DNA from: Saccostrea cucullata
Lineage: Eukaryota
Length of the DNA: 64,000 nt
Assembly: GCF_032062105.1 (NCBI RefSeq)
Contig: NW_026940531.1
Location: 1 to 64,000, forward strand
Direction: 5' to 3'
Shown: piece after piece, positions 1 through 13,640 of the stretch
How positions within the stretch are numbered: the first letter of the stretch is position 1
Layout of the letters: each line of letters opens with the position of its first letter
Translations under genes and position numbers: made by a program
The notes under the pieces: model-generated
Told to the model about the DNA's origin: nothing
What the model saw: the letters and a program-made list of their open reading frames with translations, nothing else
Databases searched by the model: none

Positions 1-29
1 CTTTTGAGCCCGAAAATGAGTCTAGAGCA

Positions 30-393
30 GAAGGATATGGAAATAACGAACAGTATTCAATGTCAATGTCCATTAAACAAATATACAAAATAAGAGCAGA
101 GCAAACACGGACCTCCGAAACATCAGAGGTGGGATCAGGTGCCATGGAGGAGTGAGCATCCCCTCCTGACCGGTCACACCCGCCGTGTGCTCGTTGTCAT
201 AATCAGGAAATAACGGAAAAAAATCCGTGGTCAATTCAGTGTATAAATAATGGACTAACAATTGGTATGAAAAACGTCAGTCAGCATTTCATTCAATGAT
301 AAATTGTATTTGCTGACAAGGTCATTGTATCGATCATAGAATTTACGAAATGATGACTTTAAACGAGACTGTTGATATTCTTGTTTCATCAAC
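30..393 (-). mobile_element. Penelope-like element (Naiad-type) 3' fragment
   Basis: Same RT C-terminal coding sequence and 3' UTR, ending ttcgttatttccatatccttc, as the copies at 20119, 23754, 55330 and 58778. Confidence 0.8.
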
Positions 394-2044
394 AGCAGCT
401 AAGGGGGTCACTGACTTCAATAACTTTCCTCTATGCTAGTCCCACTTCTGGATTTTTTTTTTGTTAAGCTCCCGTGAGTAGTATCCTCTTAAATTAGACA
501 GCTTGGTTTGCAACAAATCAATTGTAATTTTGAAAAGTGCTATCAATCATGTTATTTATTTGCATATATATATGTATGTTTTGAATTACTTAAAGACAAA
601 GACTAATAGAAAATAATTCTTACTGGTTCCATTTATACCTGGGAAATCCTCCTTCAACTTTGTCAGAATATTTTCTAAAGCTTTTCTTCTACAATCCTTG
701 TTGCAATTATTAGCGGAAGAAACATTCCTAAAACTATCTCTTCTTGATATTGTTCAGCTAATCTTTCTGTCTGCTTTGTGGTTAATTTTAGCATTCTCTT
801 TTATTTCCAGCCATTTTGAATGGAGAGCAAGCAAAAGAAAATGTTGGTTGTTCTTTATATAGATCCTCTCTAACCTTATCCATGCTGGGTAAAAATAACA
901 GACCTGCCAGACGGAATAGAGCATGTCTATATTCCATCTGAATTCATTTCTGTCTTAATTATAATTTTCCTATTTTAACCATCTGATTTGGAAGATGTTG
1001 CAAGTCACATCTTACAAATCGGAGCGTGTAAAAAAGGCTTTAAGGAATCGATATAAATAAATGTTGAAGTTTGTCCTGCGAATACCATTTATAATTAGCA
1101 CGACCGTCGTATGAATAACGACCGTTGTGTGGATATTGGTAATTAGCACGACCGTCGTGCGTATAGGTGGCAGAGGAAAAATTTACTTTTCAATCAAAAC
1201 GTTTGACACGATTTACCTAATATTGAGCTGGTTTTAAAAATGTCCATTAACAAAATTTAAATTCAGTGTACATGTAATAATAGTATGATGTAGTCCTTTG
1301 AGAAATTTTAAGCTTTTAGGATGTTATATTTGGATGGCGTAACTTTGCCAGTTTGTCAGCATTGGTTATCTTTCCTATTAAGGATTTTTTGGGTATGTTT
1401 TCCTCCTTAAATGCGTTCAGATTACAATACCCATAAGTGTAGACTTGGATTATCACAATAATAAATAATTTCTATGTGTATGTTTAAAATTTGTGTTGAG
1501 AGAATCAGTATCGCACGTCGGAGCAAAAAAAAAAATGCTAAGGAGCTACAGACAGACACGGGCCCTGTGTGCAAGTACATGAACCCTAAATGTAGAATAT
1601 ATTTGTTTGTTTTTTTTTCACAAAAACTATGCAATTAAATATTGTATATTTTGAACATGTTTGAGAAGAACGGTTTAATGAGGCGCTGAAGACACGGGGC
1701 CTAAGGATCAGCGAACAAGAAAGGTCCCTCACTGCTGAGTAATGTATCACCGTGTTTTTGGTGATATTTTTGTTTGCTGATGTAATGACCTGAAAATAGG
1801 ACAGGAGACGAATAAAGTTTACGTTTTTAAACTAATAAGGACAGATGAGAAATAACAGACCAATCAACTATACCATAAAGACCTGACAAACCGCATCTGC
1901 AGAAGAACAAACATATCTGCAGGACACTGTGCAACAGCCCGAAGAAACGTAACCCAAAGTTAGACGATAACAGCTGACATCAATACTGACACCAATACAG
2001 AGGAAACTGACAACCCACCGATAGAAACCATTCAGTGTGACCCA

Positions 2045-2770
2045 GTGATTATGGCTACTGGATTTAGCCTCCCAAAGTTCAATGGTTCTGAAACCCCAGT
2101 GATATGGATTTCTAAAATCGACTCATGGCAGAAGTTCAATAATTACAATGATCAGAAAATCCTGGACTTACTTCCTTGTGTCCTAGAAGGGAGTGCAAGC
2201 ACATGGTACCAAACCATGCCTCCATGCAATTACCTTGCAACATTTAAGCAGCAACTAACAGAAAGATTTCAACCCATAATGTATGGAATGCCTCTCATGG
2301 TAATTGGCAGGATACAAGTGAAACACTTGACCAATACCTAGAGAGAGCCGAACGCATTGGCATGATACATGACATTGCTGATACTACAAGTTCAGGCCAC
2401 TGCATCAGGTCTCCTACCTCCGTGGCGTGGAAAAGTTTTGGCCCGTGAGCCAAAGACATTTCAAGAACTTAGAAATGCCGTTTCAAAGACTCAAGTGGAA
2501 TTAAGTGACATTCAGCCTCAAAGTGCTCCACAGACTTCCACCAGTGATGCCAGCCTTGCCAACTTGTGTACCGTGTTAGCTACCCAGATGACGGAACTAA
2601 CCAAAAACATTAAAGCGGAAATCAGTGCTCTCCATGTGGCCAGCCAACCACCACAACAACAACGCTGGAACAACCAGCCTGGCAGACGCCCCCAGTACCA
2701 GCCACGCGGACAGACTGATGACAGACCCAATGAGCAACAGAACTTCAGATGCAAATATTGTAATATTGTG
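2045..2770 (+). pseudogene. Gypsy/Ty3-like LTR retrotransposon gag fragment (frameshifted)
   Basis: Capsid-like motifs LPKFNGSE..WI.K and LEGSASTWY...FKQQLTERF, followed by a Q/R-rich region and a truncated Zn knuckle (CKYC). Confidence 0.7.
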
Positions 2771-2974
2771 TTGAGTCATGTAGTAATGAGAAACATGTCC
2801 AGCTTTTAACACTAACTGCTTTAAATGGCACCACAATGAAAAAGTTTGTTTCAGAAAACGTAGAAATTTGCACAACAAATACAACACTAACACAAGCACC
2901 AACCCTTACTCTTCCAGTTAGGGACAGCGCCTGTCCCAAACAAGGATAGGCACTCAATTAACAATGCAGAAATA

Positions 2975-3410
2975 ATTTTTCCCAGTGATGCAGGTGTTTC
3001 CAGGGGGTCAATTTTTTTGAATGCTTTCAAAAGAATCTTCAAGAATTGTCCCTGTAGATAACCAAACTTTGATCATATGCTTTGCTGCCCCAAAGATAAT
3101 ATTATGCAGGGGGTAAATTTGACATTCGGGGGGAAAAAAACTAGAAACTTAGGTCTGAAAACTAACACCCATATCACTCTCCAAATTCGACTTTTCAGAT
3201 TTGGTTTTAGCTCCCAAAACTTTATCAATAGAGAAGATGGCCCTTTGTTTCTCTTTTCTGCCACTCTTTTCTATCAAGCCCGGGAAATTCTCTATTTCCT
3301 ACAGCCCCGGGGGAAATTCTTTAAAACATTTAAACAACCAGGGGCCCCAAAAACCCGCACAGTTTCCTTGTTGCCGGAATATGTATCCCACAAACATAAC
3401 GGCTAGTTTG
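2975..3410 (-). pseudogene. CMC-like transposase fragment (degraded mirror copy)
   Basis: Reverse complement of 17595-18035 with many homopolymer-type differences. Confidence 0.55.
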
Positions 3411-5218
3411 ACAACACACAACCCCCCCCCCCCCCCCCCCTTAGACCCCAAACCATCTTTGTTTATTAACTACTGCAAAAAATTACAACAAACCCAGAGC
3501 TCTTTAGTATGCAGTGTAGAGAGGGTTCTTAATATAAGAGTATTATGTATCTGACGGGTATTTAAGAGTAAAAAATTTAATCCTATAGTATTAAGGATGG
3601 AAATCTTTAAATCTAAATTTAAAAAATGGAATATCACAGTTTGTAATCATTTGAAATATTCATAACATTTTGAAAGGGAAAATAAATTAAAGAGGTTATT
3701 AATGTTTACTTTTTCTGTAAAATAACCAACATTGATTTCTATTCACTGCTATGGTTTTGTGTTTGATTATTTTCACTGGGGGGTTTAAAGCCACTTACAT
3801 AGAATGAGTTTTAAAGATGCTTTATTAAATATTTTACATTGCTAGACTGATAGCTATTATTACATTTTTATCACCAAGAAAAAACCACTTATGAATTTAC
3901 CAATTCAGTTTTTGATTCCATTTTGTTAAAGATGAGTTATTGCTAGACTAATAGCTATATTACATTTTTTATCACAAATAAAAAACAAAAAAATTTTAAA
4001 CAGTCACATACTCAGCAGACACTGCCTGCCGTCTCCATTCTTTAGCTGCTGTGTTAAGCATTTATCTTCTCTCAGCAACCCATTCTGGAGGGAGATTTCC
4101 AAGAAGCTAAATAAAGATATAAGAATTATAGACCAATTTTCATTAAAACAAAAAATATCCTGTTTGTGTATAATTATAAACTAGAATTTCCAAGGAATAC
4201 ATGTTTCACCTGCTTTTAGCTTTTATTAGTGTTAAGCTATTTATACGTAGCATATACAACATGTACAATGTACTTTATTTATGAAAAAAAAATCTAGCAT
4301 GCAAGCAACAAACAACTTAGTTACTGTAAATTGGTAATTTTTGCTTTTGAATGTGTAATTATGCATCTAAAATTAAACTTTTTTAGGGTTTTCAAATAGT
4401 TACATTAACAAAATGTCAGAGTACACCTATAAATTGATTGGCGAAGCCAACGTTTTTTTTGGGTTGTTGTTGTTGGGGGTGGGGGGTTCTATGCAATAAA
4501 GACTGCATTAAGGTAACATTCATTTGAAAAAAGTGGTAAAGGAGGAAAGAGTACCATACAGACCTTTCACTCTATTCTGAAATTTTCGACATTTTTAACA
4601 AATGTTTGATGTTCATACTTCATAAATTGAAAGTTTTATCCTTTATCTGGAGTTGACAGTACCCTGTCTTAATATTCTTTTGTATTCATATACTTAGTAC
4701 ATTGCTTGTTTCATACATTATAATATTGTACAAACAGAAAACAGACAGACAAACAGATTGGCATTCTGATAGCTATGACCCTCTCCCCCGACCACTTCAC
4801 ATGGTAAAGTAATCTCAGAATACTTCAATGTTCTTACCTCAACTTCTTCCCAGAAAGTACGGGTATGATTGTACTGGCTTCTTTGCCTTGCTTTTGGAAC
4901 CTCCGATGGGCCTGAAAATTGGGGGGGGGATTAAATCCGCATCATCCAATTTGTTTCTACCTTATCATCTTTATGACTGGCCAATATTTCTTTCATGCGT
5001 GGATTTATAAATTTTTGCTCACTGTTGCACAGAGTAAAATATATAAAAAAAATTAAATAAACTTTTTAAATTTAAAATTTTATTGAAATATGCCATGCGT
5101 TAATTACAATAGTTCCTCTGGATGAACTATCCTAATAATTTAAAAATGCAATATATTTGAATTCATGCACATGTATGACAAAACATATCCCTTTAATTAT
5201 ACTATATATCCACAGATA

Positions 5219-5482
5219 TTAACACATATCAATAAAGTAATGCTCAATATAATGCTTTTTTGTAAATAGGATTAATTTTCTGTTATGTATCTGATACATG
5301 TGTGAGACTTGATTATACACCTTTTTTGTCAGTTTAAAGCTTTTATACCTAAATACTAAAGCAAACTTACCTAATGTCCTCAGCTGACCTCTTTTCAGAA
5401 GGAGGTGGAATTCATCGACAAATTCCTTCACATCTAATCCATAGAGGTACTTGAATTCCTCGTCAGTTACATAAAACCTCAT
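5219..5482 (-). CDS. 87-aa hypothetical protein (mirror copy)
   Basis: Mirror of 15491-15754 with only conservative changes (E/D, R/K). Confidence 0.4.
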   Translation of the reverse strand: MRFYVTDEEFKYLYGLDVKEFVDEFHLLLKRGQLRTLGKFALVFRYKSFKLTKKVYNQVSHMYQIHNRKLILFTKKHYIEHYFIDMC

Positions 5483-5644
5483 GGATGAAATCTGAACAGT
5501 GACATCTTCTTCCCCAGCATCAGTCTAAAAAATTTAAAGTAGTACAAAATACCCGTGGATTCTATTTTAACTGATTTCTCAAAAAGAAATGGAGAAAAAA
5601 CAAGATGTTTTTGTGAAACACTATGCGCCCAGTGCCGTAAAAGA

Positions 5645-6335
5645 GTACCAAGTTGTACAGGGAGGTCATACGAAATTCAACTCCTCGCTTTTTCTATTTC
5701 GAAAACATGGTATCCTAGATCGGTGAGATTTATGAATTTGGTATCATTCACTTCTATGGTGGCTTCTTCAGTTCCTTTTACATATTTAATTTCCTGATGT
5801 TTAGACTGATCCATGATAAGTGATCTATAGATAGAATGACCTCTCAGCTTTGATATATCGGCTGAAATTACCATAGATGGATCCCTAAATTGTATCTCCA
5901 AGGCGACGGTCGTTGGTCACTTCGCGCACAAAGTTTCGAAAGCATCTACTGGGGTATATTCAATCACCTGGTAAATGCGGGTCACATCCATTCTATGGTT
6001 GAGATACCATTTCAAGAGTGGTGTAACTAGAAGAATTTTTCTAGCACGTAAACCACCTATGAGAAGTCGACGATGATTTTCACTTAGATTGTTTTCACGT
6101 GTATGATTCTGCTTGTGAAAACCAGTGGCGTCGAAGGGAATGTCTGTAGTGCATAAAATGGGATCTATCTACTGAAAATATTCGTATGGACTTAAACTTT
6201 TTTGCATTTGATCTGGCCACTGGTCCTCAATGTCAATGACAACTCTTGCTTGGGTTTCCTTGACTCTTGTTATAAAAAAAGATGAAGCACCAGTATCTGT
6301 GTCAATAAACAACAGCTCATTTGTTTTCTCAAGTT
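5645..6335 (-). pseudogene. Polinton-like pPolB fragment (mirror copy)
   Basis: Reverse complement of 14640-15330. Confidence 0.68.
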
Positions 6336-7329
6336 TTTTTTTCCAACAATGTAAGGAGTTTTACATCCACATTCAGAAGAAACATGTTCAAATTCTTCAT
6401 TAAATAACAATAACTTCTCAACAATGTAAAACTCAGCAGAGTTTAGATTACATAGTTAATTGATTTATCATTTTCCATCACTCTTAGTGTAAGACTGAGA
6501 ATAAACTAAATTGTCTTTAAACAAAAAGCGGCCGGTAGAGGGCTCTTTACAATTACTGATCACTTGCCTGTATATATCAGATATCAGACAGGCAGGCCAG
6601 TCAAATATTTTCATATCTGTTTAGACTGGTTCTCAAGTCTACATGGTTCCTTTTTCATACACTTCCGTTTGGAAGCAGCAGCGTGTTATGATGGACAACA
6701 TATTTTAATTGGCTTATTTTTCCTCCTATCAAAGTTCATGCACATCTAGGAATCGTGTAACGGTGCTTCCTAAGCAAGAACCATAGATCTCTAACGGATC
6801 GACACAATTTATGACCATCCTTAAATTATGTGAGGTAAAATCCTTATAATACCTTTTCAATTTGTATATTGATGTTTTTGAAGCAATTTTAAAGGTTATT
6901 TTATGCATTGACATTGCCCTTAATGCATATTTCGGTAAGTTTTGTCAGCCTTGAGTTTGTAATACAAAATTTAAAAAAAATTGTCATAAGACAATCATTG
7001 AATTATTTTCATGCTTTATTGATTGTTTTCTCTGGTTAATTTGCACTCACAATATTTTAAACTTCTTTGTTATAATTGAAAAGACAGTTACATGTGGTCA
7101 GTAAGCATATGATATGCATTATGACTTATAGGTAACTACATGTATATTCTTCTTTATATTTATTTTTTTTCAAAAACAAGTTTCTAAAGCATATAATATT
7201 TTACAACTCTTTCATTTTTGAATTGAATGCATCATTTTTTCTGTTTATTCATTAGAATTTCCTTATCATAAAAGATTAAATGACTTTCAATATTAGATCC
7301 AGATGATCAAACTTTCGTAATACTTTTAC

Positions 7330-8877
7330 CTGTACATTCAAAGAATGATAGCATTTTCTGTTGACATAATATGCTTCATGTGCCATCCAAACATCCAAGG
7401 ACATTTGGAAAACCTAAATTTCATTAGAATAACAAATACATGTGTCACACTCACTGGTCTCTCTAGATAACTTAAAAATTAATGCAATTATTTAAAATCA
7501 AAAAAATTATTAAGCTCTGTAATATATACTACATATTGTATAAAATATTAATTACACAATATAACAATTTCAAATTTGATAAATAATTTTCTTTCTCTTA
7601 TTAATCCCCTACCGGTCAAACCAGAGGGGACTATAGGTTTCCTCTGCGTCCGTCCGTCTGTCTGTCCCCGTCAGTCTGTCCCACTTGGTTTTCCACACTT
7701 CTTTTTCTAAACGCTTGCAGATATTGAGCTGAATTTTGATACGTGAGTGTATCTTAATGAGTTACAGATCAAGTTTGAATTTCGCTTCGCTGCATTGATT
7801 TTTTAAAGAATTATGGCATTTTGAATATATTTCATAATCACTTAATTAAGATCGGGTTCGAACTGCGCTAACTTCCGATTGTCGACAAAAATATGAAGCG
7901 ATGAAAAGACGATGGAAAAATGTGTTGAATTGTCGTCTTAATGTTGATTGATTTATTAGTTTTAAGGCATTTAAAACTTGAAAATCTTTCAGTTTAACCT
8001 TGGACATGACTTTTGCACATTAAAAAAATGACATCTTGAAGAGAAAGGGGAATCCGGTAGGGGACATGTATTGCTTATGCAGTACTCTCAGAATGCTTGT
8101 TTTATTATTGTATATCATTAAAGTATTCAAAATTATATTGAGTCCCGGTTCTTTCAATGAAATAAGAGTGTACAGTCCATTAATTTTTTTTTAAGAGCTG
8201 CAATTAATGGACAGATATAATTTCACATTCAATGTTTAAATATTAATTTATTTATCTTGTTTTTTTTTTTTTATAATATGGGACAAAGTATTGCATGAAA
8301 AAAAGTTAAACAGTATTGTATTGATGGTAATTTACGCTTTCATTCACTTGGGTTTAAAACTAACTATAGTTATAGGACCTTAACTAATGGGAGTCGAAAC
8401 GACAAGGTATCGAATTTCTGACGTCATTTTTAACAACTTTCGTTTTCTTCCCTGCAATGGCGGAGAAAGCACGTTTCACGGATAAGGTGTCGTTTCCAGT
8501 GGGGAATCTAACAAATCTTCGGCACAATTGGAAAGATGGGAAGCTATATCCCGAATACATCTGCCGGCCGTACTCCGGGAAATATTCAACGAGTCCCCGA
8601 TGAGAAGGTGGATAGCACCAGTGGCCAAGAACCTCAGGCATAGCAGTAACTGCAGCAGTGGTGGCAAGGGGTTGTTGCGTCCTGTGGGTCTTGATTGGGA
8701 AAAAGTCCGAGGATGAACAGGATCCTCTGAGGTCGGAAACGATACCTTTCGAAAACTTCCTCGTCCAAATCTTCGTCCAAATCTTCAAGGGGATTGGAGC
8801 GGTCTCTAAAAAAACCTCGGACGCCTGTGCTGCTGTACATTTCGATAGCGTCAAACTAATACCCTGCAAGCTGCCAT
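7330..8877 (-). pseudogene. PIF/Harbinger HARBI1-like transposase, intron-containing and disrupted
   Basis: Exon 1 reads PLE.LDEE.FERYRF...LQLLLCLRFLATG...IGDSLNISRST..RCIR...VRFP...VKRAFSAIAG. Exon 2 (~7330-7415) reads GFPNVLGCLDGT* after a ttag acceptor. Confidence 0.8.
7600..8101 (+). mobile_element. Non-autonomous Helentron (HINE/DINE-like) in the HARBI1 intron
   Basis: 5' subTIR tcccctaccgg, (GTCC/GTCT)n microsatellite, 3' subTIR ccggtagggga plus hairpin gtattgc-ttat-gcagtac, T-rich flanks. Confidence 0.75.
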
Positions 8878-9659
8878 TTTTACAGTCGACACTTGAGATT
8901 GACTCTGAGGTTGGTTTGAAGCATACTTGAAAAATCTTGAGTTTGTACTCCGTTGGAGTTAAAGAATGAGTAGAATAAATTTTTAATATGTTTTACGGTG
9001 CGACCGTTGGGACGAGTGCAGTTTATTTACTATCATACACCTACACATGTACTGTCTATCATTCAAGAAAAAAAGAAATACAAATAAAACAAAACAACAA
9101 AAAGAAATCATTTCCCAAGCATCGGGATCGAAATTCGAAAATTCTCGGAAGTTTCCGACAAAATCGGAAATACCCGAACCGTTGAAGTGACGAAAGTCTG
9201 ACGTCAGAATGAGAAAAAAAGTTCTGTTGACTGAGAACGCAAACGCTAGTTTTATGGAAAAGAGATTGCATTAAATCGTTCTTTTCATGTAAATTGTTGC
9301 TATGTTTCAGCCGAGTTTCACTGAAGCAACCGACATAACTCCGTCAAAATTCGTAAGTTTCCGGTGACGTCATTTGTATATTTCCGAAGGACAAGGTGAA
9401 GGCCGGTGTTGTGGCATGGGGGTATTTTTTTTAATAAGGTAAGGCAAAATCATTTCGTTAAGATTTCGGTAAGAAACAAGGTTCCTTTAATTTTTTACTA
9501 TTTTGGATTTATTCGCGCAAAGGACATTGGGTAGTGCAGGAATTCCGGGAAGGTTGCACAGAGAAATTTGGCTGACGTATGTACAGATTTCAATCCGAAT
9601 TTCCTCTGTTCATACACGTTAGTCTATTGAGCTCGCTTCGCGACGCTCGCTGCGCCCGC

Positions 9660-9757
9660 TTTAACCTCCATTTAGGAGTACGAGTTTGAATTTGGAGTAG
9701 GAGTTTGAGTTAGAGTACGAATTTGAACTCTAAAAGGTTTTATAACCTCGGGGCCTG
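9660..9757 (-). mobile_element. Probable terminus (TIR) of the Harbinger-type element
   Basis: Ends ...ttttataacctcggggcctg with short gagtttga-like subterminal repeats, upstream of the HARBI1 ORF. The partner TIR was not seen. Confidence 0.45.
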
Positions 9758-10388
9758 ATTTCAATATAACTTGGCACACAAGTAGACAACACTAAGATAC
9801 ATATTTCTTTGCATCGGTTTTTGAGTTTGATGAACAGTGTTGCCATTGTTTCTTATTATTCATTGTATAACTTTCTGTGAAATTCTTTCATAATGCTACT
9901 CCATAACTTGGCACACAAGTAGACTTCACTAAGCTGCATCATTCCTTGGTTTCTGAATTCGATAAACGGTGTTGCCATGGTTATTAATTTTTTTGGTGAA
10001 ATTCTTTCAAAATGCTACTCCTTCAGTTTTTAAGATTTCAATATAGCTTGGTAAGTAGACTACTTCAAGATACATAATTCTGTGCATCGGTTTTTTATTT
10101 CGACGAACGGTGTTGCTATGGTTACTTACAATAGAAATTTATGTTTATTTTTTTCAAATGCTACATTTATTTCAGTTCTCATTCGAGTTCTATAAAACTT
10201 AGCAGACAAGTAGACCAGACTAAGATATGTAATTCTGTGCATCGGTTTTTATTTTGATGAGTAGCAAGGCTCAATTCTCTATTTACTGCTGTTTTACAGT
10301 TTCAAGTTTAAAGTCCCAACTGCTAATATTCTCTTCCTTTGTTTTACGAACCAGTAGAGCTACAGTCTCGACAGAGACTTCTGGTTAA
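9758..10388 (+). mobile_element. 3' part of a HINE with degenerate internal tandem repeats
   Basis: About four diverged units (aacttggcacacaagtagac...tgcatcggttttt...ggtgttgccat) and a terminal hairpin agtctc-gaca-gagact followed by tctggtt. Confidence 0.5.
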
Positions 10389-11545
10389 ATTTACATTACC
10401 ATCACTGTCTATCTGCGATTTGCTTTTGTGCGTAAGTATAATTGAATGAATTGCAGGTTAGCCTTGTTAATTATGTCTTCCAATGTGGTGTTTTTGTCCT
10501 ATAAAGGTTTTAGCTGTAAATCTGTCAATTAACTCAACTTCCATTTTCGTCACCTCTTCATGCTGATGTTCTCCATTAAGGTCAGACGAGACGTTCCTCA
10601 AAAATCGTTTTATATATCTTTACAATGCATATTTAGATGAGTGCTCACGTATTTGTGAATTGGCACTTTCTCTGAAAAACCCAGCCGGGGTATTTGTCCT
10701 ATTGGACAGTTCTTGGTTTTTTGGCAGGAAACAGTGTACAATTTACCTTGAGTACTAATTGTTAATATTTGTAATTTTTTGCTCAGCCTTATTGATCTTT
10801 TCTTCTTATTCTTTCATTTGCTCAAGAACATCTCTTTCAAGAACTCCATTTTCATCTTTCCCTGAAATGATGAAGAAAATATCAACTTATATATAAATAC
10901 TTTTTTATTCATGTGTTTTTGTATGTTTTATACAACACAACAATTATTCTTAACACTTTCAATGTATACTGGATACGTTAATATTTTAATTTAACGGATG
11001 CCTCATTCGATTCTTTACCTTTCTTCATCAATATAGATAAATCATCCTTGTCCTCGTTTGGTGCACTTACTGTGGTACTAAAAAGAAAAAAAAACACTGT
11101 TGTTACATCTGCTCAATTTTTTTTCTGGTCCCTACACAACAAAATGCTACTGAACAAAATTTTTCGTGTCACATTAAGTCCATTAGCCAGCTTCATATTT
11201 ACTAGGGATTATAATCGAATACAGAATTGCTAAACGATTAACCGCATGACATTCCAATCGATCTACCTTTTAACATACAAAATTCCACATTTTCTTGTTG
11301 TTCACATTAAGTTCTTTTCCCCCGGCGGCTCCATTGGTCCATATAAAATTGAATGTCTTGATGTTAAATCACTTTATTTGAATGGAATTCTTGCTTTTAA
11401 AACCCTATGACGTTGCACACGGTGTTGGCACACACTGACGTTACGTCAAAATAACGTTAAAAGTCATAACGTTGTTATGAACCTTATACCTGTATATTTC
11501 AGATCTTTGAATGAATTTTATTTTCAAAAGTATAAAAAAAATAAA

Positions 11546-11763
11546 ATACAAGAGGCCCAAGGGCCTTGAATCGCTCTTCTGATAAATTGTACAACCTATC
11601 ACTTGTATTTAAAGCCTCTAACCCTAGGTATCCTGAGACCAATCAAACTGTGTAAGTTGATGCATTTGGGGTTTTCCAAGAATGTAGACCAAGAAGTAGT
11701 TCTTATTGGCTAAGAATCATCAAACTTTGTCAGGTGGTGCAACTTTGGTCTCAGGATACCTCA
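11546..11763 (-). mobile_element. 3' terminus of the satellite-bearing HINE family, rearranged at the palindrome junction
   Basis: caagaggcccaagggccttgaatcgctcttctga. The subTIR gctcttctga matches the 5' subTIR at 28567 and its mirror near 35870. Satellite monomer pieces follow. Confidence 0.7.
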
Positions 11764-12102
11764 TTTCTCATTCTGACGTCAGACTTTCGTCACTTCAACG
11801 GTTCGGGTATTTCCGATTTTGTCGGAAACTTCCGAGAATTTTCGAATTTCGATCCCGATGCTTGGGAAATGATTTCTTTTTGTTGTTTTGTTTTATTTGT
11901 ATTTCTTTTTTTCTTGAATGATAGACAGTACATGTGTAGGTTTATGATAGTAAATAAACTGCACTCGTCCCAACGGTCGCACCGTAAAACATATTAAAAA
12001 TTTATTCTACTCATTCTTTAACTCCAACGGAGTACAAACTCAAGATTTTTCAAGTATGCTTCAAACCAACCTCAGAGTCAATCTCAAGTGTCGACTGTAA
12101 AA

Positions 12103-13640
12103 ATGGCAGCTTGCAGGGTATTAGTTTGACGCTATCGAAATAAACAGCAGCACAGGCGTCCGAGGTTTTTTTAGAGACCGCTCCAATCCCCTTGAAGATT
12201 TGGACGAGGACGAAGTTTTCGAAAGGTATCGTTTCCGACCTCAGAGGATCCTGTTCATCCTCGGACTTTTTCCCAATCAAGACCCACAGGACGCAACAAC
12301 CCCTTGCCACCACTGCTGCAGTTACTGCTATGCCTGAGGTTCTTGGCCACTGGTGCTATCCACCTTCTCATCGGGGACTCGTTGAATATTTCCCGGAGTA
12401 CGGCCGGCAGATGTATTCGGGATATAGCTTCCCATCTTTCCAATTGTGCCGAAGATTTGTTAGATTCCCCACTGGAAACGACACCTTATCCGTGAAACGT
12501 GCTTTCTCCGCCATTGCAGGGAAGAAAACGAAAGTTGTTGAAAATGACGTCAGAAATTCGATACCTTGTCGTTTCGACTCCCATTAGTTAAGGTCCTATA
12601 ACTATAGTTAGTTTTAAACCCAAGTGAATGAAAGCGTAAATTACCATCAATACAATACTGTTTAACTTTTTTTCATGCAATACTTTGTACCATATTATAA
12701 AAAAAAACAAGAAAAATAAATTAATATTTAAACATTGAATGTGAAATTATATCTGTCCATTAATTGCAGCTCTTAAAAAAATTAATGGACTGTACACTCT
12801 TATTTCATTGAAAGAACCGGGACTCAATATAATTTTGAATACTTTAATGATATACAATAATAAAACAAGCATTCTGAGAGTATTGCATAAGCAATACATG
12901 TCCCCTACCGGGTTCCCCTTTCTCTTCAAGATGTCATTTTTTTAATGTGCAAAAGTCATGTCCAAGGTTAAACTGAAAGATTTTCAAGTTTTAAATGCCT
13001 TAAAACTAATAAATCAATCAACATTAAGACGACAATTCAACACATTTTTCCATCGTCTTTTCATCGCTTCATATTTTTGTCGACAATCGGAAGTTTGCGC
13101 AGTTCGAACCCGATCTTAATTAAGTGATTATGAAATATATTCAAAATGCCATAATTCTTCAAAAAATCAATGCAGCGAAGCGAAATTCAAACTTGATCTG
13201 TAACTCATTAAGATACACTCACGTATCAAAATTCAGCTCAATATCTGCAAGCGTTTAGAAAAAGAAGTGTGGAAAACCAAGTGGGACAGACTGACGGGGA
13301 CAGACAGACGGACGGACGGACGTAGAGGAAACCTATAGTCCCCTCTGGTTTGACCGGTAGGGGATTAATAAGAGAAAGAAAATTATTTATCAAATTTGAA
13401 ATTGTTATATTGTGTAATTAATATTTTATACAATATGTAGTATATATTACAGAGCTTAATAATTTTTTGATTTTAAATAATTGCATTAATTTTTAAGTTA
13501 TCTAGAGAGACCAGTGAGTGTGACACATGTATTTGTTATTCTAATGAAATTTAGGTTTTCCAAATGTCCTTGGATGTTTGGATGGCACATGAAGCATATT
13601 ATGTCAACAGAAAATGCTATCATTCTTTGAATGTACAGGT
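12103..13640 (+). pseudogene. HARBI1-like transposase (mirror copy)
   Basis: Reverse complement of 7330-8877. Exon 2 ttag|gttttccaaatgtccttggatgtttggatggcaca at ~13555. Confidence 0.8.
12864..13369 (-). mobile_element. HINE (mirror copy)
   Basis: Reverse complement of 7600-8101. Confidence 0.75.

Larger units (their letters stand above)
957..9216 (+). repeat. Giant inverted repeat 1, left arm (A)
   Basis: Reverse complement of 11764-20116. Mirrored ORF pairs include 5219-5482/15491-15754, 6729-6914/14052-14243 and 8476-8667/12304-12495. The outer match ends at aattataattttcctatttt (957) and the inner match at gtcagaatgagaaa (9216). Confidence 0.95.

Noticed and set aside
10577-11500. Possible Kolobok element (TTAA-GG start)
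   Set aside because: No matching second terminus or transposase motif was found.
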